From the human T2T-CHM13v2.0 reference genome, Homo sapiens: 64,000 bases of DNA. Positions 1-12,140 of this stretch are shown piece after piece (positions within the stretch are counted from its first letter, which is position 1; every line of letters starts with the position of its first letter). A program made the position numbers and the translations under genes. A model generated the notes under the pieces. That model was not told the DNA's origin, made no database searches, and saw nothing but the letters and a program-made list of their open reading frames with translations. The DNA is taken from assembly GCF_009914755.1 (NCBI RefSeq), contig NC_060925.1. One strand, written 5' to 3'.

Positions 1-52
1 CCATCATAAAGTCTAAAAATCATAAGTTGAACCCTGTAAGTCAGGGACCATT
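1..52. mobile_element. TcMar-Tigger DNA transposon terminus (MER47A/Tigger5-like), cut by the window edge
   Basis: ccatcataaagtctaaaaatcataagttgaaccctgtaagtcagggacca matches the CpG-decayed MER47 end CCATCGTAAAGTCGAAAAATCGTAAGTCGAACCATCGTAAGTCGGGGACC. Confidence 0.7.
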
Positions 53-164
53 CACATCTTATTTCACCAAGTCCTCCCAGCATCCATTTACAGAATAAAA
101 GGTTTTTTCTTTTGTCTACCCTTGACTGTGTGCACCTTGCATGGTTCTTTGAAGGCAAACATAA

Positions 165-405
165 CACAATAGCAAGAATGTAGGTTTTAGATTTATGCTC
201 AGTCAAGTTTGAATTCTTCTTTGGTTATTATCTAGTTGGGTGATTCTGGACAAGTCACTTCTCTGAGCTTCAGTTTCCTATCTGCAAAATGGGACTAATG
301 ATACCCACCTCAAGGGGTTACCATGAGACTTATGGGAAATAACATATCAAAAGCACCTGCTATATTATCTGGTCACAGAGTAGGGATTCAATATTTGCTG
401 GTTTC
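165..405 (+). mobile_element. MIR SINE
   Basis: core ggacaagtcacttctctgagcttcagtttcctatctgcaaaatggg plus L2-derived tail. Confidence 0.85.
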
Positions 406-844
406 CTTCCTTCTATTCTTAGACATCAGCCAAAATTTGTCTTTTCCAGGAAGCCTTCCCAGATTCACCAATTTAGAAGTTACCTAAGGTTAGGGACATA
501 TCCTATGTTGAAATTTTCCCAAAAAACTTTGAATACAGAAGGCTTTGGAGAAATACCAGCTGAAATGAATTACCCTGGCTTTCCCCCATGCACAGCTAGG
601 AGCTTCCCCTATGTACCTTCAGGCTCTTTTCCTCCAACAGCTGCACACCTGGGCTCTGGGATCTCTTTTCCTTTGCTTTCTCTTAGAAGGCTGTAGGAAG
701 AAACAAGCAGGAACAGCAATACTTGACCTCTTTGGAAACATTTGCTCAGGATGTGGTATATAGAAAGAAGCAAGAATTTGACCAGGTTTGACCCATTCTG
801 GAAGTTCTCTAGCCTAATGACTCACTGTAAAATCTGTGCCTGAT

Positions 845-1222
845 GTTCCAGCCACAATTACTTTCTGGCTGTTCCCTGAACACACTATCTCTTTTCAATC
901 TTACATAACTTGGCATTTGCCATGCCATATTCCAGGAATGGTCCTGACTTTGTCTACCACAGTAAAACTCCTCATCCCTTAAGACCCAAAATCTTCTTTT
1001 GTAATTCCTGCAGGGAGGATTACTCAGCCTACCTGATATCCCTCAGACCAGCATTCATACTTTTATGTTATTTCTAACACACTGAAATAACGGATTCATG
1101 TATCTGTTTCCCTTAGTATATTATGATGGGTTGCAGGACAGCAGCCCTGCTTTTTCCTCTTTTTATTATCAGTATTTAGAATAAAGTATGATGTATAGTA
1201 AACCTATATGCATGAATGAATA
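845..1222 (+). mobile_element. L2 LINE 3' fragment
   Basis: ctgttccctgaacacac...ccaggaatg...cccttaagaccc, ending in gcatgaatgaat. Confidence 0.6.
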
Positions 1223-1269
1223 TGAATCTTATCCAGAAGAATTCCTTTAAGAGACTCAGACATATTGAG

Positions 1270-1927
1270 ACCAGCAAGGCATTTGGCAGGGGCTGCAGTG
1301 TAAATGGCAGCTGCCTCAAGAAGAAATCATTACAGAATTTTCTAACCCCTTCCTTTCTGAAGATTGGGTCCAGAGAAGCAGGAAGACGTCTGCCAGAGTG
1401 ATTCACAATGGGTTTTCCCTCAGTTCTGCCCACCATATCACTTATCCCATATTCCCATATGAGCTGGTTATTTTCTCTCTGGTACCTTCTCTGCCCTGCT
1501 CTAAGTTCTACGGACAGCTTCATGGGGCTCCATTGCATTCTTGTTCCTGGCTGGGTTCTGTCAAAGGGAAGCTCAGAGAGGTCAAGGGACAGGAAGAGAG
1601 AGATACTGGGGCCCTTCTTTACTCCCTTCCTGACTTAGTGCCCCTTCTTCAGGCTGTATACATCTAGGAATGTAGGTCCCTGGCAGCCCTTCCTTCATAG
1701 CTCTGACTCCCACCTGCCCAGGTAACAGTTACCCATCCCCTCCACCCCCGCCAGCTCCTTCAGCCTTGGAAATGGCAATAGCTTCCCACTATTGACAGCC
1801 TTGGGTGCTTTACCACCCCTTACTTGATGCTTCAACCCTGTTTAGAGTTAGGGGTACTTTCATTAAAGTAACTTCCCAGAACCATCTGAGATTAATTCTG
1901 CTTCCTGACAGGGCCCTGGTTGGTATA
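1270..1927 (+). mobile_element. ERVL solo LTR (LTR33-like); 5' boundary uncertain
   Basis: 3' end gcttcccactattgacagccttgggtgc...cattaaag...ctgcttcctgacagggccctggttggtata resembles the LTR33/LTR16 U5 end. Confidence 0.55.
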
Positions 1928-2359
1928 TCTTCCCATAGATAGCATCAGGCAAGAGCTACTCTTCTCTTCCCAGTCTCATTCATGATATGGCCCTTAGAAA
2001 ACCTCTAAGTTAAATCTGAATGAGGAATCCACTTACATGTGAGGCTGTGCGAGGGAGGAAGTGTCCCTGTGATGAGCAATGCTTTGGAGAAGTGGTCTGA
2101 CAACATTCACAATCTGATGATTAAACTGTGAAGTGTTTAATTTTGTACTGCATGTTGGGGCTGGTTTGGGGGTTGGCAGGGATAGGATAGAGAGACAGGA
2201 GGGAGGTAAAGGAGAAAGAATTATGGGGAAAAAGTGAACTGATGGATTTTTCAGTCTTGTATCCAATTTCTGGTAGTCTTGCAGATATGATCCTCTAACT
2301 GTTGTGGTAGACAGCACAGTCAAGTGGAAAGAGAATGAATTCTCCATAAAATAGAGATT

Positions 2360-2560
2360 TGCGTTTAAGCCAGACTAGGTCACATCCTAGCTATTGTTCA
2401 GCTTGGGCAAGTGACAACCTTTTGGAAACTCAGTTTTTGATATCTGTATAATGGGGGATAATAAGCTTCCTTATACATTAAAGAAAAGTACACGACATTA
2501 AAGAATGTGAGAGACCCTGCCACAGTGTCCCAGACAGAGGAAGAGCCCTATAAAAGGTCA
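2360..2560 (+). mobile_element. MIR SINE
   Basis: cttgggcaagtgacaacc...ctcagtttttgatatctgtataatggggga. Confidence 0.75.
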
Positions 2561-2629
2561 TTCTCTCTTCTCTGATTCTGATTGATGAATATATGTCAAA
2601 TGATTAAATGAATAAATCCTCTTTCAAAA

Positions 2630-2765
2630 ACCCTTTTGATATATCTTAAGTTGAGCTAAAATCTGCCTTCCTATAACTTTTACCCATTGTACTTAGCCCT
2701 GCCATCTAAAGCCAAACACAGTAAATCAACTCACCCTTCTAAATGAAAACCCTTCAAATATTCCT
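2630..2765 (-). mobile_element. L3/CR1 LINE fragment
   Basis: ctaaaatctgccttcctataacttttacccattg...cccttcaaatatt, typical antisense CR1 3' region. Confidence 0.6.
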
Positions 2766-3035
2766 GTTTAATAAATGGAATAAATACACTCCACTTTAAT
2801 AAATTTGCCCTAGGCCCATGGGCCTTTGCAAGGAAGGCCAATATAAATGAAGATGCTGTCTGCACACGAAATGCTTTGTGGATCACATGACTGCCACTCT
2901 GCCCCAGAGACAGAGGGAAGAGTGTGGGGGAGGGTTATTGAAAATGAGCCGGTAGTAGTGGTCAGAAATATAAGCTTTAGTCTTCCTAAAGCAAATCATT
3001 TCAGAACTTGGTTTTTTTAATTAAAAATTCAATGT

Positions 3036-3334
3036 GGCCAGGCATGGTGGCTCAAGCCTGTAATCCCAGCACTTTGGGAGGCCGAGGTGGGCAGATCACG
3101 AGGTCAGGAGATCGAGACCATCCTGGCTAACATGGTGAAACCCCATCTCACTAAAAATACAAAAAATTAGCTGAGCGTGGTGGCAGGCACCTGTAGTCCC
3201 ATGTACTCAGGAGGCTGAGGCAGGAGAATGGTGTGAACCCGGGAGGCAGAGCTTGCAGTAAGCCGAGATTGTGCCACTGCACTCCAGCCTGGGCGACAGA
3301 GCAAGACTCCATCAAAAAAAAAAAAAAAAAAAAA
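3036..3334 (+). mobile_element. AluY, full length
   Basis: Y diagnostics gagatcgagaccatcctggctaac and gaacccgggaggcagagcttgcag; poly-A tail; TSD-like aaaaattcaatg / aaaaatcaatg. Confidence 0.95.
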
Positions 3335-3384
3335 TCAATGCTTCCTCTCCTCCCTCCTGTATTTCTTCCCTCCTTTGTTCACTT

Positions 3385-3615
3385 ATTAAAAATACATTGA
3401 AAGCCTACTCTGTGCTGTTTACTCTGCTAAGGTCTTTCCATGTTGATTTCATTATTTTATTCAGTCCTTACTCTGAGGGAGACACATTACTGTTCCCATT
3501 GTACCAATGAGAAAACTTTGATTTCATGTCAGTTTTTTTTTCCAGGGCATCTAGAACTACAAGTAACAAAACTGGAACTCAAAGCCAGTCAGGTTTGTCC
3601 AGTGAGTTCTACTGC
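3385..3615 (-). mobile_element. MIR SINE
   Basis: gcctactctgtgc...cccattgtaccaatgagaaaact, antisense MIR. Confidence 0.6.
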
Positions 3616-3656
3616 ATAATTCTATCTATGGAAGAATGGCACAGTAAGAGAACGAA

Positions 3657-3700
3657 ACACATACACGTGCACGTGCGTGCACACACACACACAGACACGC
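3657..3700. repeat. Imperfect (CA)n / alternating purine-pyrimidine microsatellite
   Basis: acacatacacgtgcacgtgcgtgcacacacacacacagacacgc. Confidence 0.85.
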
Positions 3701-4099
3701 AAACAATCTGCATTAGGTCCTGAAGAGTTTTTCCAGGCAAAAAGGAGACAGTCTGGACCACAATATGGAGATGCCTACTTAAGAATCTGTCTGGTTTGGG
3801 AAATGGTTGGTAGTGTGACATGCCTGAAGCACATGGTACTTAACTAAGTCTTGTAGGAGATGGGGCTAGATAAGCAGGCTGGGACCCACTTGTGAAGCAC
3901 AGAAATATGATGCAGAGCTGCAGAGCTTGGGCTTTATACAGCTGTGATAAGGTGGCTCAGGGAACAGCCATCACTATTCCTCTGAGGTTTAAGACCGATT
4001 TTATTGACTTCCATGCTCAGTGGCCTGGCTGCCTACCTACCATTACACTTCTGTCACTATATAAGCTCAGGGATGATTTTTTTAGTTCTACCCAGGACT

Positions 4100-5380
4100 A
4101 GCTAAAAACAGACATTCAGCTTTTAAATCACAGGAGGAAAAAAAAAAACTACAAAGATAAGATAGCCTAGATAGAAGAAAAAAAAGGAAAACAAAGGAAG
4201 TCCCAAGAAAGCATAAAGAAGAGAAAGCATAAAACAAAAAGACAGGAATAAGACCAAACATATCAGTTATGACAGTAAATATAAATGGTTTAAGTTCTTC
4301 TAATAAAAAATAAAGTCTTTCAGATTGGGTTAAAAGCAAAACTCAACCATATGCTGCTTACAAAAGACAAACGGTAAAAGAAAAATGAGAGAGAAAAGGG
4401 GAATTGGTGAAAGCTAGGCAAATATTTATCAAGTATACAAAACAAACAAAAAGAAAGCAGTGATTGGGAACATTTCAAAGTAGAATTCAGGGTAAAAGCA
4501 TTATATGAGACCAAGAAGGTTATTTTTATATTGATAGAAACAATAAGAAATGAGCTGTTACATAATGTCAAAATATATAAAGAAAAACTCTTAGAAATGT
4601 AAAGAGATCATGATAGAAATAACCTTCTTGATATTGAATGAACAATAAAAAGACAAAAATAGAATACTATTATTAGTAAGTTATGTATATATCTTTTAAA
4701 AATTACTAAAAGCTATATTAATTGAGTGCTTACAATGCTCCAGGCATTGTTCTAAATATTTACTATTGCCTCATTTAATGTTGGAGAAAGGCTATTACAA
4801 AGTAGGAGATTATTATCCCTGTATTAAAGATAAGAAAACTGAAGAACAAGGAGGCTAACTGATTTTCCTGAGATTTTAAAACAGTTGCACTGTCACTGTA
4901 AGAGTAAGCCTGGTTTGAAACTAAGGCAGGGATCCCCAGAGCCTGCCCCTTTCAAGTATTATGTTAAACAACCTTAAAGAAAGAATGCATATCCTTTCAA
5001 GACATGTATTCTAAAACATTGACCATCCAAAGTGATCATATAGGATACAAAGAAAACTTCAAAAGAACCAGAATAGACAAAAGGTGTAGTCTATAAGTTC
5101 CGAACACAATGTAGTGAATCTAGACACTAATGATATCTAAACCTAACCAAGATAGCACACATGTGCACATGCACACTCATGAACACACACCATGTAAACC
5201 AATCATAAAAATGAGATACTACAATTCTAAATCAAATATATGAAAACCTATTTTATCCTTTATTTAAAGAATTATCATGATCAACTGGGATTTATCCTGG
5301 ACTACACAGGTAAATATAGTAATGTAATATAATACTTATCAGTAACTCAAAGGAGAAAACCACTTGGACATCTTGATGGA
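4100..5380 (+). mobile_element. Old L1 (L1M/L1ME-type) ORF2 endonuclease-RT remnant, interrupted by a MIR
   Basis: atatcagttatgacagtaaatataaatggtttaa (ISV.T.N.NGL), atatgctgcttacaa (ICCLQ), catgatcaactgggatttatcc (HDQ.GFI); heavily frameshifted. Confidence 0.8.
4705..4970 (-). mobile_element. MIR SINE inserted in L1
   Basis: attgagtgcttacaatgctccaggcattgttctaa...agataagaaaactgaag. Confidence 0.8.
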
Positions 5381-6799
5381 TCACTTCTACTGAGTCACAG
5401 CCTTGTGAAGTTGGGGACAGGGATGGTTGTGTTAAGAAGAGGTCTAGGCCAGACAGAAGTAGCTGTTATATCACATGAGTTACCAAGAGCAATGACTCAA
5501 ACACAAGCAATGATGCAGAAGTGATCAGGAATGTCCAAGCCAAACCAGGAGCAAAATAACCTAAGGTTGAAGAAACCTAAGTTGATTCTGAACTGCCCCA
5601 AATCCAGGTTAGTCTAGAGCTGGAGCTGAAGCTGCATGTGGTGGTCATGGGCAGGAGGGTGGTAGGTGAGTGTTTAGTAATGGGGAGCAGCTACATGATT
5701 CCTATTTTTCAAAGGGGGTGCTGATGAGATTAGACACTTAACAGGGCCTGGAATTCCCGTCACTCCAGGATGTAATCCTCACATCTGAAAGAAGAAAATG
5801 CTACATCAAGATTGAAGGTCATGTCTTACGATATTTGTGGAAAGGTAAATATTATTTCAAGGGAATTTTTAAAACAAGTCTTCTGTTTCTGTAATATTCC
5901 AAGTGTGGGCTGCTGTTCTCTTGAAAATGTGCCTCTCTTGCAGCTGAAACTTGGGACAGGATGCTTGAGACAGGGGAAATTACATTTCTCCAAGGTGTTC
6001 ATTCTCTGAAATACCAGCCCTGGAGCACTATGTCCCCAGGAATGTTCACAAAAGGTCAGCAGAAGCACCAGAAGGGCCAGAGTAGCACTGAGTCAGGTAT
6101 GAGGTCCTCACTGCTACACCAAATGCATGAAGAAGGTGCTGCCCTGTCTGCTCCTTGGCCTCTATCTCTGCCTGCCTTTCTTATTCTCCATCTGGATCTT
6201 TCAGCCTCTCCTTATTGCTCACAGTAACTCCATATCAAGACCCTGGTAAATGAAAATACAAACTAGGAAGTGAGAAATCTAACAAAATAAAGCAAAGAGA
6301 GAGGCCATTGTCTAATGAAGGCTCTCCAGTCCTTGAGAATTTCAGAATTTCAGATCCAATAGGATCTGGCAGTTGAAGGCGTGATTCACAGAGTCTCAGG
6401 ATGCAGGAGGCAAGGAGAACTTGAGAAACTTTCCCACTTTTAGAAAAGAAATGATCCTCTCTAGGGACAGGGCTTGAGGCATTAAGGAGCAGGTTGAGAC
6501 CCAGGTTAATGGACTTCCTAGCCTAGCATGTGCAGCATTTTTAAAACCATGTTTATCTTTCCCAGTTAAAAATAATATATCCTTTGTGGACAGTTTGAAA
6601 AATCCCAGCAATGCCCAGAATTAACATCTGAACACATTTTGGCTTTTTTCCTGACAGTAATTTCTTTTCCCTTTGTATAGAGATGTGTATGTATGTGTAT
6701 GCACATAATTATAAAAATAAAATGGGAAGCATAATTCAAGTTTTGTATCCTGGTTTATTTTTATCATTAGTCCATTGTCACAGATGTGTAAGGGAGAGA

Positions 6800-7060
6800 T
6801 TTTATGTGGGAAGTGACCCTCGATAGTCCTGAGAAAGTGAGATACAGACAGCAAGGTTGACATTGGACTCAACAGCTAGGTCTCTGTTGACATAGGTGGG
6901 GATACCTGGCTTGGACAGGAAAAAATGGGAGGGGAGGAAGTGGAGACAGTGCCTCTGGACAGTAACTCAAGAAGCTGCTCTGAAGAGAAGGAGAGAACCA
7001 GGACAGAGGGGCTGAGGGTCTTACAGCAGAAACCTTTAATGGAAAGAATGTAGGCTTGGA
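6800..7060 (-). mobile_element. L2 LINE fragment
   Basis: gaggaagtggagacagtg...aactcaagaagctgctctgaagagaaggagaga. Confidence 0.6.
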
Positions 7061-7149
7061 ACAAAGCCTTCAGATTTGCACCTCAGCTCAACAATTTACA
7101 AATCATAGGACCTCACACAAACATAAGGTAAGGATTAATCAGTACCAAA

Positions 7150-7310
7150 GTGGCTTAGTGCCTTTCTACCTTCACATTAGATTTGATCTGTACTCTGACC
7201 AGTAAAGAAAGCGAGGCTCAGAGATGCAAAGCAATTTGCCCAAGGACACGCTGTAAAAAGGCGCAGAGGTGAGATTTAATTTCAGGATTGTGTAACTTCA
7301 GATAATGTAG
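7150..7310 (-). mobile_element. MIR SINE
   Basis: gaggctcagagatgcaaagcaatttgcccaaggacac. Confidence 0.7.
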
Positions 7311-8813
7311 TTTTTTTTTTTTTTTTAACTGAGAAAATGAAACCATTTATTATATAACTTGATAGCTTACATAATTAGTGCCTAAGAAATAAAATACAAG
7401 ACACACCTCATAGGGGAAATCCTTTACTCCTGATCATTAGTCGCTGTGGCTCCCCTCCCATGTCCTGTGGAGTGGCCTGTGGGCTCTGGAGGGAGCCCCA
7501 AGGCCTGGCCTGCAAGTGCCGGGCTGGACCCCTTCCATCTTATGTGACGGCACATTCAATGTGATACACTCTGACACTCAAATGCCTGCCTCCCCCTCTG
7601 TATCTCACATAATCTTGCCTTCCAACATCATTTTTTTCCCATTTGACTGAGTGGTCTGACCTAAAACAGCTGTGCGTGACTTGAAATTTAAGCATTCCTC
7701 TTTCAACTCTCTGATAAGAATCTTTCCCCTTTAATAATGCTCTCAGTGGCTCCTCGCCCATTCCTTTTCATTTCTGCTAGGTGCTTTTAAGTTCAGTTTT
7801 CCTTCCACCCCCTGCAAGCCCCCCAAGGCTTAGCTTCAGAGACAAGGCTCTCTCAAGACCCAATCAATTCCAACATTCAGTTAAGCTAATTAATTTCAGG
7901 TTGCCATCAATATATTTCTTAATTATGGTTTAAACATAGGTAAAACCTAGAATTGTTCGTCAACAGCCCTCAGCCTCAGCTGAATGCTAGCATCTACCAT
8001 TAAGAATTCCCATGGGTCAAATCGAGGGTCTGACAATAGTTACAAAGACCACATGTGTATTTGCATAGGATTTGCATATATCTACATAGGTTAGTCTCTT
8101 TGCAGTAGATTTCCAATTAAAATGTTATTATTTTGGCCTTGAAGTTGTTGTTTCCTGATTCTTGGTCTGTAGTACCATTAGCAACACCTGTTCACTTTGA
8201 CGTTGATTTCTGCCTAGAGGACAATAGGACAATGAAGACAAAGGACACAAACCAGCAGTGAAAGCCCCAAATACTAGAGCACACTAGAGCACACCTCTGA
8301 GGTGGGCTGATTCTAGCAGTTGAGAGGTTTTGTCTGGCGGAGAGAAGACCTCAGGCTATCTGAGGAGTCTTGGCATAGCTGCAGGGCTGCTGAGCAGAAG
8401 AGTACTGGGATTGTACTGGATGGCTGGGCGGGTTTCCACATCTCCTTCCCTACTCCCCTCTGCCTTTGCTCCTGCAAGAAGCATTTCTATTCTTCCTATG
8501 TGACATTTTGCCTGCAAAACATAGATATTAGAAGAGTCTTTCTGAAGATCTGGGCATTTCATTCTCTGGCTTCTGATGTTCTCCCAGTGCTGGTGGTGTG
8601 AAAGCTCCAATCCCTCATGACATGCAAGTTCCTTCATGACAGTAGCTTATGTTTCTCTGGTTGTATCTCTTGATTTCACTTTGCATCCTAGGTTCCTGCT
8701 CCCTTTGGCCATCAGAATGCATTTTGCCCTGTCATTCACAAATGGCTAACTCCTATGTTGTCTCCTACTCTGAGGAGTCTTTCCTAATTGCCTCTCCCCA
8801 CCTCTTTGCTCCC

Positions 8814-9245
8814 TTGGGGCTTAGAACACAATACCCCAAAGCATAGTGCCTTGGCGTGCTGAGCACTTCAAACTGAAGGAGACTGAGGGGGTCTCAGGCA
8901 CAAGGTCCTTCTGACCTTCCCTGGCCCTCCTGTCCCTTCCTCTTCTTTCTCCCCTGAGATGGGTCACATAAATTAGAATTTCTCTCCCAAAGCATGAAAC
9001 CTAGAAGGGTCATTCCCTAACCTTTTCCCTTTTCCCCTGAAGATCCTCATGTGATAGGTGTCCTGCCCTGTTCCCTGGGGGAAAGGAATGCCACACAGAG
9101 AGGCCAAGAAGAACTTGGACAAACAGGCCTTGCTTGGTTCTCCCTCAGTTTATTAACATTTTTCATACCCTTTTTTGTCCAGGCACATTTTTACATGACT
9201 GTCTATTCTTCATAGCACCTAAGTATGAAAGTACAAAAGCTTTCC
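8814..9245 (+). mobile_element. ERV1 LTR, MER39-like (3' truncated)
   Basis: ttggggcttagaacacaataccccaaagcatagtgccttggcgtgctgag...cagagaggccaagaagaacttggacaaacaggccttgc. Confidence 0.8.
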
Positions 9246-9569
9246 TACATTCTAAACACTCATCTGTATTTCCACAGCTCCACATATTTCTCACCTTCCT
9301 CTGCTGGGAAAATTCAGGAGGAATCCTAGGAGCTCTGGGATGCAGAGAGAACCATCCGTGGTGAATGCCCACATCACCACTGGCAGAAGAACAGAGATGG
9401 CCAACCATGGACCTCACTTCTACCCTCCTCATCACCCCACATCTCACCACTGCCATCTTGCTTGAGGCCCTCAGGAATAATGTGACACACATTGATAAGC
9501 CCAGGAATCCAGGTCAACCCTCAGTCCCAGATTTTAATCACTACATGGCTCTATGGGCAATGAGGTAAC

Positions 9570-9813
9570 CCTACCTCTCCTCCTGCCCCAGCATCCATCC
9601 CTGCTTTATGTTTCTCATTTACATTTATTATTATCTGTCACACTTACACTTATTATTTATTTTTCTATCATTCTATCTCCCTCCTGCAGAATGGAAACTC
9701 TATGAGGGTAGAGAATACTGACTGTTTTGTTTGTGACAGCAGTATCCTCAGGGACCTAGAAAGGTGATTGACACATAATTTGTGCTCAATAGATATCTGT
9801 TGAATGAGTGAAT
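9570..9813 (+). mobile_element. L2a 3' end
   Basis: aaactctatgagggtagaga...acctagaaaggtg...gtgctcaatagatatctgttgaatgagtgaat. Confidence 0.85.
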
Positions 9814-9881
9814 TCTAATATTTTCTACACTATACTAAGTGTGATAATTAACTGTTGGAGGGCTGGGACCACAGTTTATCC

Positions 9882-9971
9882 TTTTTTTGTCAAATATAGT
9901 TAAAAATGTATAATTAATTATAATGTTTTTGTCACATAGGGTTAAAAATAACATATAATTAATTACAATCT
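9882..9971. repeat. Imperfect tandem duplication, about 45 bp x2
   Basis: tttttgtcaaatatagttaaaaatgtataattaattataatg / tttttgtcacatagggttaaaaataacatataattaattacaatc. Confidence 0.75.
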
Positions 9972-10729
9972 GTTTCTTCCCACCCATTCTAAGAAGGGCA
10001 GGCCATGAGGAAGAACTTCTGTGTGGTTAGGATGATGCATTAAGTAGAAGCTTAGAAAAGGGTTATTAGATCAAAATACATAAGAAAGGGTTTGGGGCTA
10101 TCTTTAAAAAAAAAAAAAGCCATTTGGGAGAAGAATGAACAGGGAAAGAAAGGTAGAGAACCAGGTGGCTAACAGGAGAAGGTAGTTAGCTAAGTTGGTG
10201 ATATACTGAAGAGGTCCAAGAGGCTCAATATTTGGAAATCACATTTTAAGAAATTTTTGCTGTATATTTTGTGATGTGATTCTCCCTTTCCTCAAGAAAA
10301 CCTTCAGTATAAATCTACATTGATCTTCAGTGATTGACACCATAAGAAGAAATGCATTTAAAATGAAAAAGAAAGGTATATGGTAAGAGTGAAGCTTTAG
10401 GCAGGACCCAGAATCGATGCTCAACATGTGTTTAAAATTAATAAAATGAACGAATAAATGAATTAATGAATAAGTGAACTAAAATCAATGGATCAATTTT
10501 GTCTCAATATGAAACATTTCTTAAAGTTCCAAATTGTCCAGAACTAGAATGAGTTGTTCCCTTTACTGATTTTTTTCCCCAAGAAGCAACAAGATAATAA
10601 CCTCATCAAAAATCCTGTAGAAAAAAATATGTCTGCAACAGGAATGGTGTTGGGCCAGATGAATGGTACCCAGACTGTGTTACAAGAGGTGAGAAGGTTC
10701 TGGTTGTCACATTTCAAAGTTTATTTTCT

Positions 10730-10975
10730 GGGTTGAGGGAGGGCCCAGAATACAGGCTTCTGAGACCTCCGCATCTGTTTTTACCAGAGCAGCTCTGTTT
10801 TTGCTTGTATTACACATCTATTCATTCATTATTTCATTTATTTATTAATTCATCATTCAACACATATATAGAGTAAATATTAAATGCCTCTATGCTGCAA
10901 ATACTGCACTGTTTCTACAAAAATAGACTGTTCTTTTGAAGTAGTTTTTAAGTTAAAAAAATTTAAATGATACTG
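10730..10975. mobile_element. hAT-Charlie MER103C-like fragment interrupted by an antisense L2 tail (about 10818-10930)
   Basis: tttttaccagagcagctctgtttttg followed by a ttcattcattatttc...ttcattcaac L2 tail. Confidence 0.45.
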
Positions 10976-11329
10976 GAACTCTTAAGACTTTAAGACTGTG
11001 ACACTTCCACAAATTGAGTAAATAATTATTACTCAGTGTACTACTGTGTCTAAAAATTAAGGGTAATTACACTTTCTTGACTTTTTTCTTTTCATTTTAG
11101 CTCAGATGAATAAATACTACAGCCTTGCTAAAACAGAAAAACAGTATATTTCAGAATGAATGAGCATGAGAAGAGGAATGGGATGTCTTCAAGGTCTCAT
11201 TACTGGGCCTATGGGTCTGTTTCTGCAGAAAGGGGGAGTGTGAATGTCACCATTGTGAGAGGAAGAGCCCAACATGGGAAGGGGGTGAGACTTGCATTCA
11301 TCAAATCTCTAAGTAACACACTTTTTGAA

Positions 11330-11490
11330 TGATCCTCCATTCTAATCTTCATAACAACCCTGAGGAAGATCGTTTACAGATGATAAAACAGAGGGTCCCA
11401 GTCAGTAAGCAATTTGTCCAAGATCATGAACACGATAATCTTGGATTTGAGCCCAAGTCTGTGCTGCCAATGCCCTTCTCTTTCCACCAC
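11330..11490 (-). mobile_element. MIR SINE
   Basis: taatcttcataacaaccctgagg...tttacagatgataaaacagagg...aatttgtccaagatca. Confidence 0.75.
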
Positions 11491-12140
11491 ACTTGGGAAT
11501 AGTCAGATGCTTGCAAGCTGGTGGTCTGGTTGCTTCTCAATCTCTAATATGCAGACTAAACTTGGCACAGGAGTGAATGTGCTGAGCTCCATTAATGGGT
11601 GAGAGCAGATTTATGTGTTGGGAGATGTGGGGAAGATTTGGCTAAGGCGGTTATGATGCCAGAGACAGGGAATTTAAAACAAGGACACCCTGAAAAGGGC
11701 CTTTTATGTGACTTCTTCATGTGGGTTAATTCTGCTTGAACCTTAGATACAAATCTCCAAAGACAAGAGTAAATGAAAGAAAAATTAATAACTTATCAAC
11801 TCATTGTAAAATGAAATGGTCACTAGGTTTTCCGTAGTTTTTCTTTTCTTTTCTTTTTAACTCACAGGAATAAATATCCTGGCCTTGCTAACACAGAAGG
11901 ACAGTGTATTTCAGAATGAATGAGCTTGAGAAAAGGGACAGCAGGAGACTGGATTTTGATTGATTTCTCATCTGAAAGAAAGAAGGCTGTGAGGACATCT
12001 ATGAGTGCACAGCAACTTCTGCAGGGCTGGAGGAAGCTGAGGGGGAGGGGTGCAGTGAGGTAGTGGTAGCAAGAAGTAACCAATTCTCAACTCAACACAT
12101 GATGCTTGGTGTTTTCCAAATATGATCTTATTTAATCCTC

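Noticed and set aside
2070-2120. Box C/D snoRNA-like motifs (GTGATGA...CTGA...CTGA)
   Set aside because: Too short (about 48 nt), no terminal stem and no recognisable rRNA or snRNA guide.
6351-6368. CAGATCC-AATA-GGATCTG hairpin, and TGCAGAA-T-TTCTGCA at 25021-25035
   Set aside because: 7-bp arms are expected by chance in 64 kb.
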